Notes under the pieces: model-generated
What the model was told of the DNA's origin: nothing
The model's database searches: none
What the model saw: the letters and a program-made list of their open reading frames with translations, nothing else
Made by a program: the position numbers and the translations under genes
Shown here: one piece after another, positions 37,729-46,771 of the stretch
Layout of the letters: the number at the start of each line of letters is the position of its first letter
Position numbering within the stretch: position 1 is the first letter of the stretch
Origin: an uncultured Phocaeicola sp.
Lineage (GTDB): Bacteria > Bacteroidota > Bacteroidia > Bacteroidales > Bacteroidaceae
Direction: 5' to 3'
DNA: 64,000 nucleotides
Assembly: GCA_964488405.1 (NCBI GenBank)
Contig: CAZAUU010000003.1
Span: 2,371 to 66,370 of the forward strand

Positions 37729-38832
37729 TTACCGGTTGAAATCGAAACTGAGCTGGATCCACTCCGGTTCACAGAAGGAAGGGACGGAAGACGGGTCTTC
37801 CTTCTTCTGGTTGGAGATTGACAAGCCGAGCAAACGGATGGGACGGGCAGAATAATCCACATTTGCCAGCAACTGTTTGGCAAGAGGAAGAATTTCGTCC
37901 AATGCCTGCAAGGGACGGCGGAGGCTAATGCTTCTGGTGATTTGGGTAAAATCGTAGAATTTGACCTTCAGGGTCAATGTAGTGCCCTGAAAACCGTTGC
38001 TTTTCAACCGTTCGCACAGTTCGCATGCCACATGATACAGTTCGATGATAACGGAAGAAGGGACAGAGATGTCTTTGTCCAGCGTATGCTCGCATCCGAC
38101 GGATTTGCGGATGCGAATGGTTTCTACAGGACGTTCGTCAATGCCCCTCGCGAAATTATAATAGACTTGACCCGCCTTGCCAAACTGGCGCATGAGCATA
38201 CCAAGGGGGCATTCGCGCAGCTTCTTCCCGTTGTAGATACCCAACGTATGCATCTTATGCGTGGTGACGGGTCCTACCCCCCAAAAGGATTCGATGGACA
38301 AACGGTCAATAAACTGTTGTGCCTGTGCCGGATGTATGGTGCAAAGGCCATCGGGTTTCCGGAGGTCGGAAGCTATCTTCGCCAAGAACTTGTTATACGA
38401 AACACCGGCAGAAGCCACCAGTCCTACTTCTTCACGGATACTCTGCTTGATTTCGCGGGCAATGTCTACAGCAAGCTCCATACCTTTCTTGTTATGGGTG
38501 ACATCCAAAAATGCCTCGTCCAATGAAATCGGCTCGATCACATCAGTATAGCGAAGGAATATTTCATGAATCTGTGCCGACACATCCCTGTATACCTCCA
38601 TCCGCCCCTCAACGAAATGGATCTGGGGGCAAAGTCTGAGTGCTTTCGTGGAAGGCATGGCCGAGTGCACACCGTATTTGCGGGCCTCGTAGCTCGCAGC
38701 CGCCACTACCCCCCGCTTTTCAGCATGTCCCACGGCGACGGGCTTCCCTTTCAGTTCCGGATGGTCGCGTTGCTCGATGGATGCATAGAAGGCATCCATA
38801 TCGACATGAATGATTTTCCGTTGCGTATTCAT
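37729..38832 (-). CDS. dinB: DNA polymerase IV
   Basis: HVDMDAFYAS, AASYEAR, SLDEA, KFLAKIASD, C-terminal clamp motif QLSF. Start at ATG 38832. Confidence 0.96.
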   Translation of the reverse strand: MNTQRKIIHVDMDAFYASIEQRDHPELKGKPVAVGHAEKRGVVAAASYEARKYGVHSAMPSTKALRLCPQIHFVEGRMEVYRDVSAQIHEIFLRYTDVIEPISLDEAFLDVTHNKKGMELAVDIAREIKQSIREEVGLVASAGVSYNKFLAKIASDLRKPDGLCTIHPAQAQQFIDRLSIESFWGVGPVTTHKMHTLGIYNGKKLRECPLGMLMRQFGKAGQVYYNFARGIDERPVETIRIRKSVGCEHTLDKDISVPSSVIIELYHVACELCERLKSNGFQGTTLTLKVKFYDFTQITRSISLRRPLQALDEILPLAKQLLANVDYSARPIRLLGLSISNQKKEDPSSVPSFCEPEWIQLSFDFNR

Positions 38833-38976
38833 AAAGTGGAACTTTCTTCGTGCAAATTTAATGAAAGTTTTGTACTTTTGTACGAATCCGTTTTTACGGA
38901 TACAGAAATGCAGAAACCCAAGATTGCTTTTACAGAAAAAGAATCTCCCGCAACTGCAACCCAACCGACGGAAATT

Positions 38977-39540
38977 ATGAGAGAAGAAATCAAGAAAGCA
39001 TGTGAAATAATGTACAAAGGCGGCGTAATCCTGTACCCCACCGATACGGTTTGGGGTATCGGTTGTGATGCGACCAACGAAGAAGCCGTAAGAAGAGTGT
39101 ACGAAATCAAGCGCAGGGCAGACAGCAAAGCGATGTTGGTGCTGGTAGACAATCCGGTAAAAGTGGATTTTTACGTAAACGACGTCCCTCCCGTAGCATG
39201 GAAGCTGATGGAATTGTCGACCAAACCGTTGACCATTATCTACGATGGGGCGCGGAACCTGGCACCCAACCTGTTGGCGGAAGACGGCAGTGTGGGTATC
39301 CGCGTGACAGACGAAGCATTTTCGAAAGGGCTGTGCTTCCGTTTCCGCAAAGCTGTGGTATCCACATCGGCCAACATAAGCGGGCAGCCTTCACCCGCTG
39401 TGTTCAGCGAAATCAGCGAAGAGATAAAAAATGCGGTAGACTACATCGTGGATTACCGGCGTGAAGAAACAGGCCGTCCCAAACCCTCCGGCATCATCAA
39501 GGTGGGCAAGGGAGGGGTGATTAAAATCATCCGCCAATAA
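38977..39540 (+). CDS. tsaC: Threonylcarbamoyl-AMP synthase (Sua5/YrdC)
   Basis: YPTDTVWGIGC, IKRR, STSANISG. Start at ATG 38977. Confidence 0.93.
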   Translation: MREEIKKACEIMYKGGVILYPTDTVWGIGCDATNEEAVRRVYEIKRRADSKAMLVLVDNPVKVDFYVNDVPPVAWKLMELSTKPLTIIYDGARNLAPNLLAEDGSVGIRVTDEAFSKGLCFRFRKAVVSTSANISGQPSPAVFSEISEEIKNAVDYIVDYRREETGRPKPSGIIKVGKGGVIKIIRQ

Positions 39541-39558
39541 CGGTCCGTTATTTTTATT

Positions 39559-41358
39559 ATGAGAACCTCTGAAGATAAGTGGGATGTGCTCCAACGTTTC
39601 ATCACGTGGCGCGAAAAACACATCAAAGACAAACAATTCATTCTGATACTAAGCCTGTTGGTAGGCATCTTTACGGCGTTGGCGGCATATGTACTGAAAT
39701 TCCTGGTGGAGTACATCAAGGTATTCCTTACCGACCGCTTCAATCCGATGGAAGCAAACTGGCCCTACCTGATTTATCCGGTGGCAGGCATCTTCATCAC
39801 CGGCCTTTTCATCCGGAAAGTGGTACGCGACGACATCAGCCACGGTGTGACCAAAATACTGTATGCCATTTCACGCAAGCAGAGCCGTATCAAGCGTCAC
39901 AACACATGGTCGTCGGTCTGTGCATCCGCCATCACAATCGGCTTCGGAGGGTCTGTCGGGGCAGAAGCCCCGATTGTGCTGACAGGTTCGGCTATCGGCT
40001 CCAACTTGGGAAGTCTGTTCCGCTTGGACCACAAGACACTGATGCTGCTGGTAGGATGCGGGGCGGCAGGCGCGGTGTCCGGTATTTTCAAGGCTCCTAT
40101 CGCCGGACTGGTGTTCACGCTGGAAGTCCTGATGATCGACCTGACTATGGCGTCATTGCTCCCCCTGCTTATCACGAGTGTGACGGCGGCATCGGTGGCC
40201 TACCTGCTGACGGGAACCGAAGCGATGTTCCAGTTCCATCTGGACTATCCGTTTTCATTGGAACGCATCCCGTATGCAATCGCATTGGGCATATTCTGCG
40301 GGTTGGTGGCATGGTATTTTACCCGTGCCATGAACTGGATAGAAAACATTTTCAGCCGTTATCCCAATCCATACATCAAGTTCCTGATAGGCGGCTCGAT
40401 CCTGAGTGTGCTTATTTTCTTATTCCCCCCACTTTATGGTGAAGGTTACGACACCATTACGCTGTTGCTGAACGGCACCTCACAGTCGGAATGGGATACA
40501 GTGATGAACAATTCGTTCTTCTACGGAAACAGCCGTTTGCTGATATGCTACCTGTTGCTCATTATCCTGCTCAAGGTATTCGCATCGAGTGCCACCAACG
40601 GCGGAGGCGGATGCGGCGGTATCTTCGCACCAAGCCTGTTTTTGGGATGTATCGCCGGGTTCGTGTTTTCGTATGTATGCAATGAGTTCCATATCGGTAA
40701 CACCTACATCCCCGAAAAGAACTTTGCCCTGATGGGAATGGCCGGACTAATGTCGGGCGTGATGCATGCACCCCTCACCGGTATTTTCCTGATAGCCGAA
40801 CTGACAGGAGGGTATGGGCTGTTCCTCCCACTGATGATTGTGTCGGTATGTGCATACCTCACCATCATCGTCTTCGAACCCCACAGCATCTATTCCATGC
40901 GGTTGGCAAAAAAAGGGGAACTGATCACCCACCACAAGGACAAGGCGGTGCTGACTCTGATGAATATCGAGAGCATCGTAGAAACCGATTTCCTGAAAGT
41001 GCGTCCGGATATGGATTTAGGTGAAATGGTAAAGACCATTTCCCAATCGAGGCGCAACCTTTTTCCGGTGGTAGATGTAAACGATGAACTAATTGGCATT
41101 GTCGAACTGGATGATATCCGGAACATCATCTTCCGCCAGGAACTGTATCACCGCTATCGGGTGGAAGGTTTTATGAGGAAGCCCACGGCACGCATCATCA
41201 ACACCGATTCGATGGAAGAAATCATGAAGAAGTTTGACACCACCGGAGCATGGAACCTCCCGGTCGTCGACGAGAGGAAACAGTACCTGGGCTTTGTGTC
41301 CAAATCGAAGATGCTTAATACCTATCGACAGGTATTGGTGGACCTTTCGGCAGAATAA
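39559..41358 (+). CDS. ClC-family chloride channel/antiporter with a CBS pair
   Basis: GSVGAEAP, GIFKAPIAG, GIFAPSL and C-terminal CBS domains. Confidence 0.92.
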   Translation: MRTSEDKWDVLQRFITWREKHIKDKQFILILSLLVGIFTALAAYVLKFLVEYIKVFLTDRFNPMEANWPYLIYPVAGIFITGLFIRKVVRDDISHGVTKILYAISRKQSRIKRHNTWSSVCASAITIGFGGSVGAEAPIVLTGSAIGSNLGSLFRLDHKTLMLLVGCGAAGAVSGIFKAPIAGLVFTLEVLMIDLTMASLLPLLITSVTAASVAYLLTGTEAMFQFHLDYPFSLERIPYAIALGIFCGLVAWYFTRAMNWIENIFSRYPNPYIKFLIGGSILSVLIFLFPPLYGEGYDTITLLLNGTSQSEWDTVMNNSFFYGNSRLLICYLLLIILLKVFASSATNGGGGCGGIFAPSLFLGCIAGFVFSYVCNEFHIGNTYIPEKNFALMGMAGLMSGVMHAPLTGIFLIAELTGGYGLFLPLMIVSVCAYLTIIVFEPHSIYSMRLAKKGELITHHKDKAVLTLMNIESIVETDFLKVRPDMDLGEMVKTISQSRRNLFPVVDVNDELIGIVELDDIRNIIFRQELYHRYRVEGFMRKPTARIINTDSMEEIMKKFDTTGAWNLPVVDERKQYLGFVSKSKMLNTYRQVLVDLSAE

Positions 41359-41394
41359 CAAAACAAATCTATAGGGAAAAACAAATCAAGGATT

Positions 41395-42369
41395 ATGGAA
41401 AAGAAAGACTTGCGCATTGTATATATGGGGACTCCCGAGTTTGCCGTAGAGAGTTTGAAGAGACTGGTAGAAGGCGGCTACAACATAGTAGGGGTCATAA
41501 CGATGCCGGACAAGCCGATGGGACGACATGGCAGCGTGCTCCGGCCCAGCCCGGTGAAAGAATATGCCATTTCGCAGGGATTGACGGTCTTGCAGCCCGA
41601 GAGGCTGAAGGACAAGGAATTCATCGGCGAGCTACATGCCTTGCAGGCGGATCTGCAAATCGTGGTGGCATTTCGCATGTTGCCCGAAGTGGTTTGGCAG
41701 ATGCCCCGGTTAGGCACGTTCAACCTGCATGCTTCCCTGTTGCCGCAATACCGGGGAGCCGCACCCATCAATTGGGCAGTAATCAACGGTGAGACGGAAA
41801 CGGGCATCACGACATTCTTCTTAAAGCACGAAATAGATACGGGCGAAATCATAGACCAATTGCGGATACCCATTGCGGATACCGACAATGCCGGAACGGT
41901 GCACGACCGCCTGATGAAGTTGGGAGGAGACCTGGTTGTGAAAACGGTGGATGCCATCCTGGAAGGGAAAGTACAGGTTGTCCCTCAGGAAAAGCTGGCA
42001 GGCAACGTCCCGTTGCATCCGGCACCCAAAATATTCAAGGAAACATGCCGCATCGACTGGACCAAAGGAGTTAAGGCGGTGTACGACTTTATTCGCGGGT
42101 TGTCACCCTATCCCGCTGCATGGACAGAACTGTATGAACCCGCTTCCACAGTACCGCAGGTTTTGAAGGTTTACGAATCTGCCAAAGAGTTTACGCCCCA
42201 TAGCCTGGAACCGGGCACGATAATGACCGACGGCAAGACGTATTTCAAGATAGCTTCCACCGATGGTTTCGTACATCTGCTGTCTTTACAACTGGCAGGC
42301 AAAAAACGGATGAACGTATCTGAGTTTCTACGGGGATACCGCCATCCGGACAAGGCAGTGGCGAAATAA
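41395..42369 (+). CDS. fmt: Methionyl-tRNA formyltransferase
   Basis: MGTPEFA, NLHASLLPQYRGAAPINW, IDTG. Confidence 0.97.
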   Translation: MEKKDLRIVYMGTPEFAVESLKRLVEGGYNIVGVITMPDKPMGRHGSVLRPSPVKEYAISQGLTVLQPERLKDKEFIGELHALQADLQIVVAFRMLPEVVWQMPRLGTFNLHASLLPQYRGAAPINWAVINGETETGITTFFLKHEIDTGEIIDQLRIPIADTDNAGTVHDRLMKLGGDLVVKTVDAILEGKVQVVPQEKLAGNVPLHPAPKIFKETCRIDWTKGVKAVYDFIRGLSPYPAAWTELYEPASTVPQVLKVYESAKEFTPHSLEPGTIMTDGKTYFKIASTDGFVHLLSLQLAGKKRMNVSEFLRGYRHPDKAVAK

Positions 42370-42376
42370 AACCCGG

Positions 42377-42414
42377 TGCAGGATGGAGAATGCTCCCCGC
42401 TTCTTCATCCTGCA
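42377..42414. terminator. Hairpin between convergent fmt and the nigD-like gene
   Basis: TGCAGGATGGAGAA-N10-TTCTTCATCCTGCA. Confidence 0.65.
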
Positions 42415-43124
42415 TCTTTCAATGCCTTCCATTCTGCACTTTTACCGCCCCCGTCATTATAGATGATGTCGAATCCGTTGCAATCAGGACCATAGCCACT
42501 GATACTTTCCAGCGTAAACGAAACTATTGATTCGAAATACGTGTTCCCCATATCTTTTCCCGCATCGTGCCTGAATTCTACAGGCAGTAAGCCGTCCGTG
42601 CCGATTACGCTTTCGTCCGTCAATACCAGATTGACGCGATGGCCGGTTTCAGCACTCCCGTAATACCCGTATTGTATATTCAAGTGCTTTTTGCTGAGAG
42701 TCACATTCACTATTTGCAAGGGGTCATTCCCGAATACGGCATCCGTATCCTCACGCAAATCGTTGGCACACAGGGTAGGTACCTTATACAACAGGTCCAC
42801 AATGTGAACCGGCAGGTTGTCGTATGCACCCCATTGCCCCTTTTCCAGGAAAACGAAACCTGCCACAACACGCTGGCCGGTGGAATCCGCTCCGATGGCG
42901 ACAATCGTTTCCGGATTATCGGGCACCAGTGTGTCATAGCGGTCGGACTCTATGGCAATGTAATTGCCACTTACCTCCACGGTTCCCAATGTGGAAAAAA
43001 TGCCTTCCGTATTGATATTGTCTTGCAAGGTATTTATATCATTGTCTTTCAGCTCACACGACGAAAAGACAGCGCATGAAAGAAGAGCGGCGACAAGGCA
43101 AAAAAAATGTGGGATTGTTTTCAT
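42405..43124 (-). CDS. NigD-like lipoprotein
   Basis: Lipobox FSSC; GQRVV, FGNDP, HLNIQY, HRVNLV, EFRHDA, VSFTL motifs. Divergent from the ECF sigma. Confidence 0.8.
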   Translation of the reverse strand: MKTIPHFFCLVAALLSCAVFSSCELKDNDINTLQDNINTEGIFSTLGTVEVSGNYIAIESDRYDTLVPDNPETIVAIGADSTGQRVVAGFVFLEKGQWGAYDNLPVHIVDLLYKVPTLCANDLREDTDAVFGNDPLQIVNVTLSKKHLNIQYGYYGSAETGHRVNLVLTDESVIGTDGLLPVEFRHDAGKDMGNTYFESIVSFTLESISGYGPDCNGFDIIYNDGGGKSAEWKALKDAG

Positions 43125-43150
43125 AAAAATGTATCTTTGTTCCTATTTTG

Positions 43151-43178
43151 GAAATGACATGTGTAGCGGGCTACTGCA
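43151..43178 (-). promoter_or_regulatory. Putative ECF-sigma promoter for the nigD-like gene (TGCAGTA-N14-TCATTTC)
   Basis: Minus strand reads TGCAGTA gcccgctacacatg TCATTTC. Confidence 0.7.
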
Positions 43179-43224
43179 CACAGATGTGTTAAAACAAACT
43201 AATAATTATTTTTTACTCCTTTTA

Positions 43225-43252
43225 TGCAGTATTTGGGATGAAAATTCATTTC
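43225..43252 (+). promoter_or_regulatory. Putative autoregulated ECF-sigma promoter (TGCAGTA-N14-TCATTTC)
   Basis: TGCAGTA tttgggatgaaaat TCATTTC, with boxes and spacing identical to the divergent copy. Confidence 0.7.
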
Positions 43253-43260
43253 ATCATAAA

Positions 43261-43830
43261 ATGCAATTGAAAGCGGACATATCGGAAAAAGAATTGTCGC
43301 TTCAATGTAAGCGAAAAGATATGCAGGCACGCCGTATGCTCTATGAAAAGTATGGGGGTGTGTTGATGGCAATTTGCCTTCGCTATACGGGCGACCGTGA
43401 AGCGGCCGAAGACGTGTTGCATGATGGGTTCCTGCGTATATTCGAGTCGATAGTACAGTTTACTTACCAGGGAGAAGGGTCGCTCAAGGCATGGCTTTCG
43501 AAGGTTATGGTCAATGAGGCGTTGGGCTACCTGCGAAAACGGAACGCACAGATACAGCAGGAAGTATTGCTGGACGAGATACCGGACCTGCCTGATGCGG
43601 ACAATGAAAACGTAGAGGAGATTCCCCGTTCGGCGTTGATGAAGATGATAGGCGAACTGCCTGAAGGATACCGCACAGTGCTCAACTTATATGTGTTCGA
43701 AGACAAAAGCCATAAGGAAATTGCTTCAATATTAGGTATTACGGAACATACGTCATCCTCCCAATATTACCGGGCAAAGACATTGTTGATAAAGAAAATA
43801 AAAGAATATAAGAAAAAGAGAATGGGATGA
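43261..43830 (+). CDS. ECF RNA polymerase sigma factor
   Basis: Region 2 AEDVLHDGF...WLSKVMVN; region 4 LPEGYRTVLNL...SHKEIA..LGI. Confidence 0.93.
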   Translation: MQLKADISEKELSLQCKRKDMQARRMLYEKYGGVLMAICLRYTGDREAAEDVLHDGFLRIFESIVQFTYQGEGSLKAWLSKVMVNEALGYLRKRNAQIQQEVLLDEIPDLPDADNENVEEIPRSALMKMIGELPEGYRTVLNLYVFEDKSHKEIASILGITEHTSSSQYYRAKTLLIKKIKEYKKKRMG

Positions 43831-45107
43831 AAAACAAGGATAAATGGGCAGAAAACCTGAAGATAAAAATGCAGGGACATTCCGAACCGCTACCGGACAA
43901 CCTGTGGGAAAGGATGGAAGCAGAAATGTCGTCCCGGCGTCATATCCCGATGTGGAAGACACAACGTTTCGCATCGGCGGCGGCAGCCATTGCCATTGTG
44001 GTGGCGACTGCACTTACGGTCTGGCTGGCCGGCTTGTGGACCGAGGATCATCCCCATACGCCGCAACCCGTGGCAGACGAGGTAAAGAGCCCGGTTTTCC
44101 CGCAACCGGAAACAGTATCCGGGCAAAGGGAGAAAGAAGAAAGGATAACAGCGGTCCGGACCGGGGAAGTCCCCATGCCCGTATCCGGTTCACCGGTTGC
44201 CAGGGCCGAAGAATCGCCAATGATTTCTCCTGAAGACGAAAAGCCCCGACCCGAAGAAAGCACGGTCGCGCCACAGCCTGAAAACGCCGGACAGACAGAA
44301 TCTGTTTCAGAAAAAGACCTGATGCGGTCGCGCCGCAAGGCAGACCGGGAACAGATGCAGCGCAACAGCGAACTGCTTGCAGAAGCCCGCCACAAAGGCA
44401 ACCGCTCGTGGTCGGTATCCCTGAATGCGGGGAATACGCCTTTCAGTTCCAGCAACTCATACAACGGGATGGGAAGCCTGAGCGCACAAAACACGGCACG
44501 TACATACAGCGACATAATGTTGCTGTCGATGAGCGGGGAACAGACTGCATACAGCCAGGTTTTGTTCAACAGCCGCGACCAGATTTCCACCACCAGCATC
44601 CACCACAGGATGCCCGTCACCACAGGTATTTCCTTCAAGTGGCACCTCACTTCCAGATGGGCACTTGAAACCGGTTTGAGCTACACGTTCCTCTCATCAA
44701 GCCTCCATTCGGGGACGGATGTTTACCTCGAAGAAGAGCAAAAGCTGCATTATATAGGCATCCCGCTGAAAGTACACCGCTCCCTGTTTGATAGCCGCTG
44801 GGTTTCCTTCTACGTATCGGCAGGCGGGATGGTGGAAAGATGCGTTTCCGGCAGCCTGGATGTAAAATACGTAAACGACGGTTCGACAAACGAGACCGAA
44901 CATCAGTCCTTGGACATCAACAAGCTCCAATGGTCGGTGTCCGGGGCGGCAGGTATCCAGGTCAACTTCACCCGCCTGATAGGCGTGTATGCCGAACCGG
45001 GCATCATCTACTATTTCGATGACAACAGCGAGGTAGAAACCATCCGCAAGGACTATCCTTTCAATTTCAACTTGCAGGTAGGCCTCCGCTTCAGCTTTTC
45101 CAGATAG
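43827..45107 (+). CDS. Dual-membrane-spanning anti-sigma factor (anti-sigma domain, TM helix, disordered linker, OM beta-barrel)
   Basis: N-terminal HSEPLPDNLWERM, one TM helix, P/E-rich linker, alternating beta-strands ending NLQVGLRFSF. 4-bp overlap with the sigma gene. Confidence 0.8.
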   Translation: MKNKDKWAENLKIKMQGHSEPLPDNLWERMEAEMSSRRHIPMWKTQRFASAAAAIAIVVATALTVWLAGLWTEDHPHTPQPVADEVKSPVFPQPETVSGQREKEERITAVRTGEVPMPVSGSPVARAEESPMISPEDEKPRPEESTVAPQPENAGQTESVSEKDLMRSRRKADREQMQRNSELLAEARHKGNRSWSVSLNAGNTPFSSSNSYNGMGSLSAQNTARTYSDIMLLSMSGEQTAYSQVLFNSRDQISTTSIHHRMPVTTGISFKWHLTSRWALETGLSYTFLSSSLHSGTDVYLEEEQKLHYIGIPLKVHRSLFDSRWVSFYVSAGGMVERCVSGSLDVKYVNDGSTNETEHQSLDINKLQWSVSGAAGIQVNFTRLIGVYAEPGIIYYFDDNSEVETIRKDYPFNFNLQVGLRFSFSR

Positions 45108-45176
45108 CAGCCGCAACCGTATCTTCCGCCGGCGTGCGCAGAGATGTGCATGCGGTTTTTTCATGCTGAAAAACAT

Positions 45177-45241
45177 GTCAAAATCACTATCTTTTCAGTC
45201 AAAACGTGCATGATGACAGACATTTTTTTATTTTATCTTTG
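45177..45241 (+). promoter_or_regulatory. rha operon promoter with a 21-bp-period direct repeat (probable RhaR site)
   Basis: GTCAAAA at 45177 and 45198; TATCTTTG at 45234-45241. Confidence 0.6.
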
Positions 45242-45280
45242 CAACAACAAGAAGTTGTAACATTAAATCTGAATCATACC

Positions 45281-46741
45281 ATGACACAATGCTTTTTTGC
45301 CATCGACCTCGGGGCTACCAGTGGGCGTACGATTTTAGGCAGTTTTACATCTGAAGGATTGGTAACGGAAGAAATCAACCGTTTTCCGAATCACCTCATC
45401 GAAACAGGAGGACATTTCTATTGGGATTTATACGAACTTTACCGCAATATCCTTGAAGGATTGAAGGCAGTGGCGTGCCGGAAGGACGTGGAAGTGGTTT
45501 CCATCGGCATCGACACGTGGGGCGTGGATTTCGTCTGTGTAGGAAAAGACGGAGCATTGTTGCGCCAGCCCTATTCGTATCGCGACCCGCACACCGACGG
45601 TGCCCCCGACAAGTATTTCGAGCGCATGCCGCGCGGCGATGTGTATGCCTGGACGGGCATCCAGGTGATGAACTTCAACTCGCTGTTCCAGATCGACACG
45701 ATGCTCCGCCACAAGGACAGTGCGCTGGAGGCTGCCGACAAAATCCTGTTCATCCCCGATGCCCTGGGCTACCTGCTGACCGGCGAAATGGTCTGCGAAT
45801 ATACCATTGCCTCCACATCGCAATTGGTCAACGCCCGGACGCGACGCCTGGAACCGGAGTTGCTCAGGAGCCTGCAGATGGACGAGGACAACTTCGGGCG
45901 TTTCGTCTATCCGGGCGAAAAGGTGGGCGTGCTCACGCCGGAAGTACAGCGCATCACCGGGCTGGGAGCCATTCCGGTCATTGCCGTAGCAGGACACGAC
46001 ACGGCTTCGGCCGTGGCAGCCGTACCCGCATCCGACAAGAATTTCGCTTACCTGAGCAGCGGCACATGGTCGCTGATGGGGGTTGAGACCGATGCCCCCG
46101 TCATCAATGCCGATACGGAGGCATTGAACTTCACGAACGAGGGCGGTGTGGACGGCACCATCCGCCTGCTGAAAAACATTTGCGGCATGTGGCTGCTGGA
46201 ACGCTGCCGCGCAGTTTGGGGAGAGACTTCCTACCCGGAACTGATTGCCGAAGCGAACGCAAGCGAACCGTTCCGCAACCTGATTTTCCCCGACGACCCG
46301 ACATTCGCCAACCCATCGGACATGGAAGAGGCCATCAAGGCATATTGCGCGGCACACAAACAGCCTGCCATCGAGACGCGCGGCCAGATAGTGCGCTGTA
46401 TCTTCGAAAGCCTTTCGCTGCGCTACCGCCAGGTGCTGGAGAACTTGCAAAGCCTGTCGCCTGCCCCGATTGAGGTGCTCCACGTGATAGGCGGAGGCAG
46501 CCGCAACGACCTGCTGAACCAATGGACGGCAAACGCCATCGGCATTCCGGTCGTGGCAGGACCATCGGAAGCCACCTCCGTAGGCAACATCATGATCCAG
46601 GCGCTTGCAGCCGGAAAGGCGACGAACGTGGCCTCCATGCGCCGTGTCGTTCGCCAAGCAATCCCGCTGAAAACCTTCACCCCGCAAAACAAAGAAGTAT
46701 GGGACGCCGCCTATCTGCAATTCAAAACAATCACTCAATGA
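45281..46741 (+). CDS. rhaB: Rhamnulokinase
   Basis: AIDLGATSGR, GIDTWGVD, GHDTASA, LSSGTWSLMG, FTNEGG. Start at ATG 45281. Confidence 0.95.
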   Translation: MTQCFFAIDLGATSGRTILGSFTSEGLVTEEINRFPNHLIETGGHFYWDLYELYRNILEGLKAVACRKDVEVVSIGIDTWGVDFVCVGKDGALLRQPYSYRDPHTDGAPDKYFERMPRGDVYAWTGIQVMNFNSLFQIDTMLRHKDSALEAADKILFIPDALGYLLTGEMVCEYTIASTSQLVNARTRRLEPELLRSLQMDEDNFGRFVYPGEKVGVLTPEVQRITGLGAIPVIAVAGHDTASAVAAVPASDKNFAYLSSGTWSLMGVETDAPVINADTEALNFTNEGGVDGTIRLLKNICGMWLLERCRAVWGETSYPELIAEANASEPFRNLIFPDDPTFANPSDMEEAIKAYCAAHKQPAIETRGQIVRCIFESLSLRYRQVLENLQSLSPAPIEVLHVIGGGSRNDLLNQWTANAIGIPVVAGPSEATSVGNIMIQALAAGKATNVASMRRVVRQAIPLKTFTPQNKEVWDAAYLQFKTITQ

Positions 46742-46771
46742 AATTATTAACCCTGTAAAACAAAGAATATC

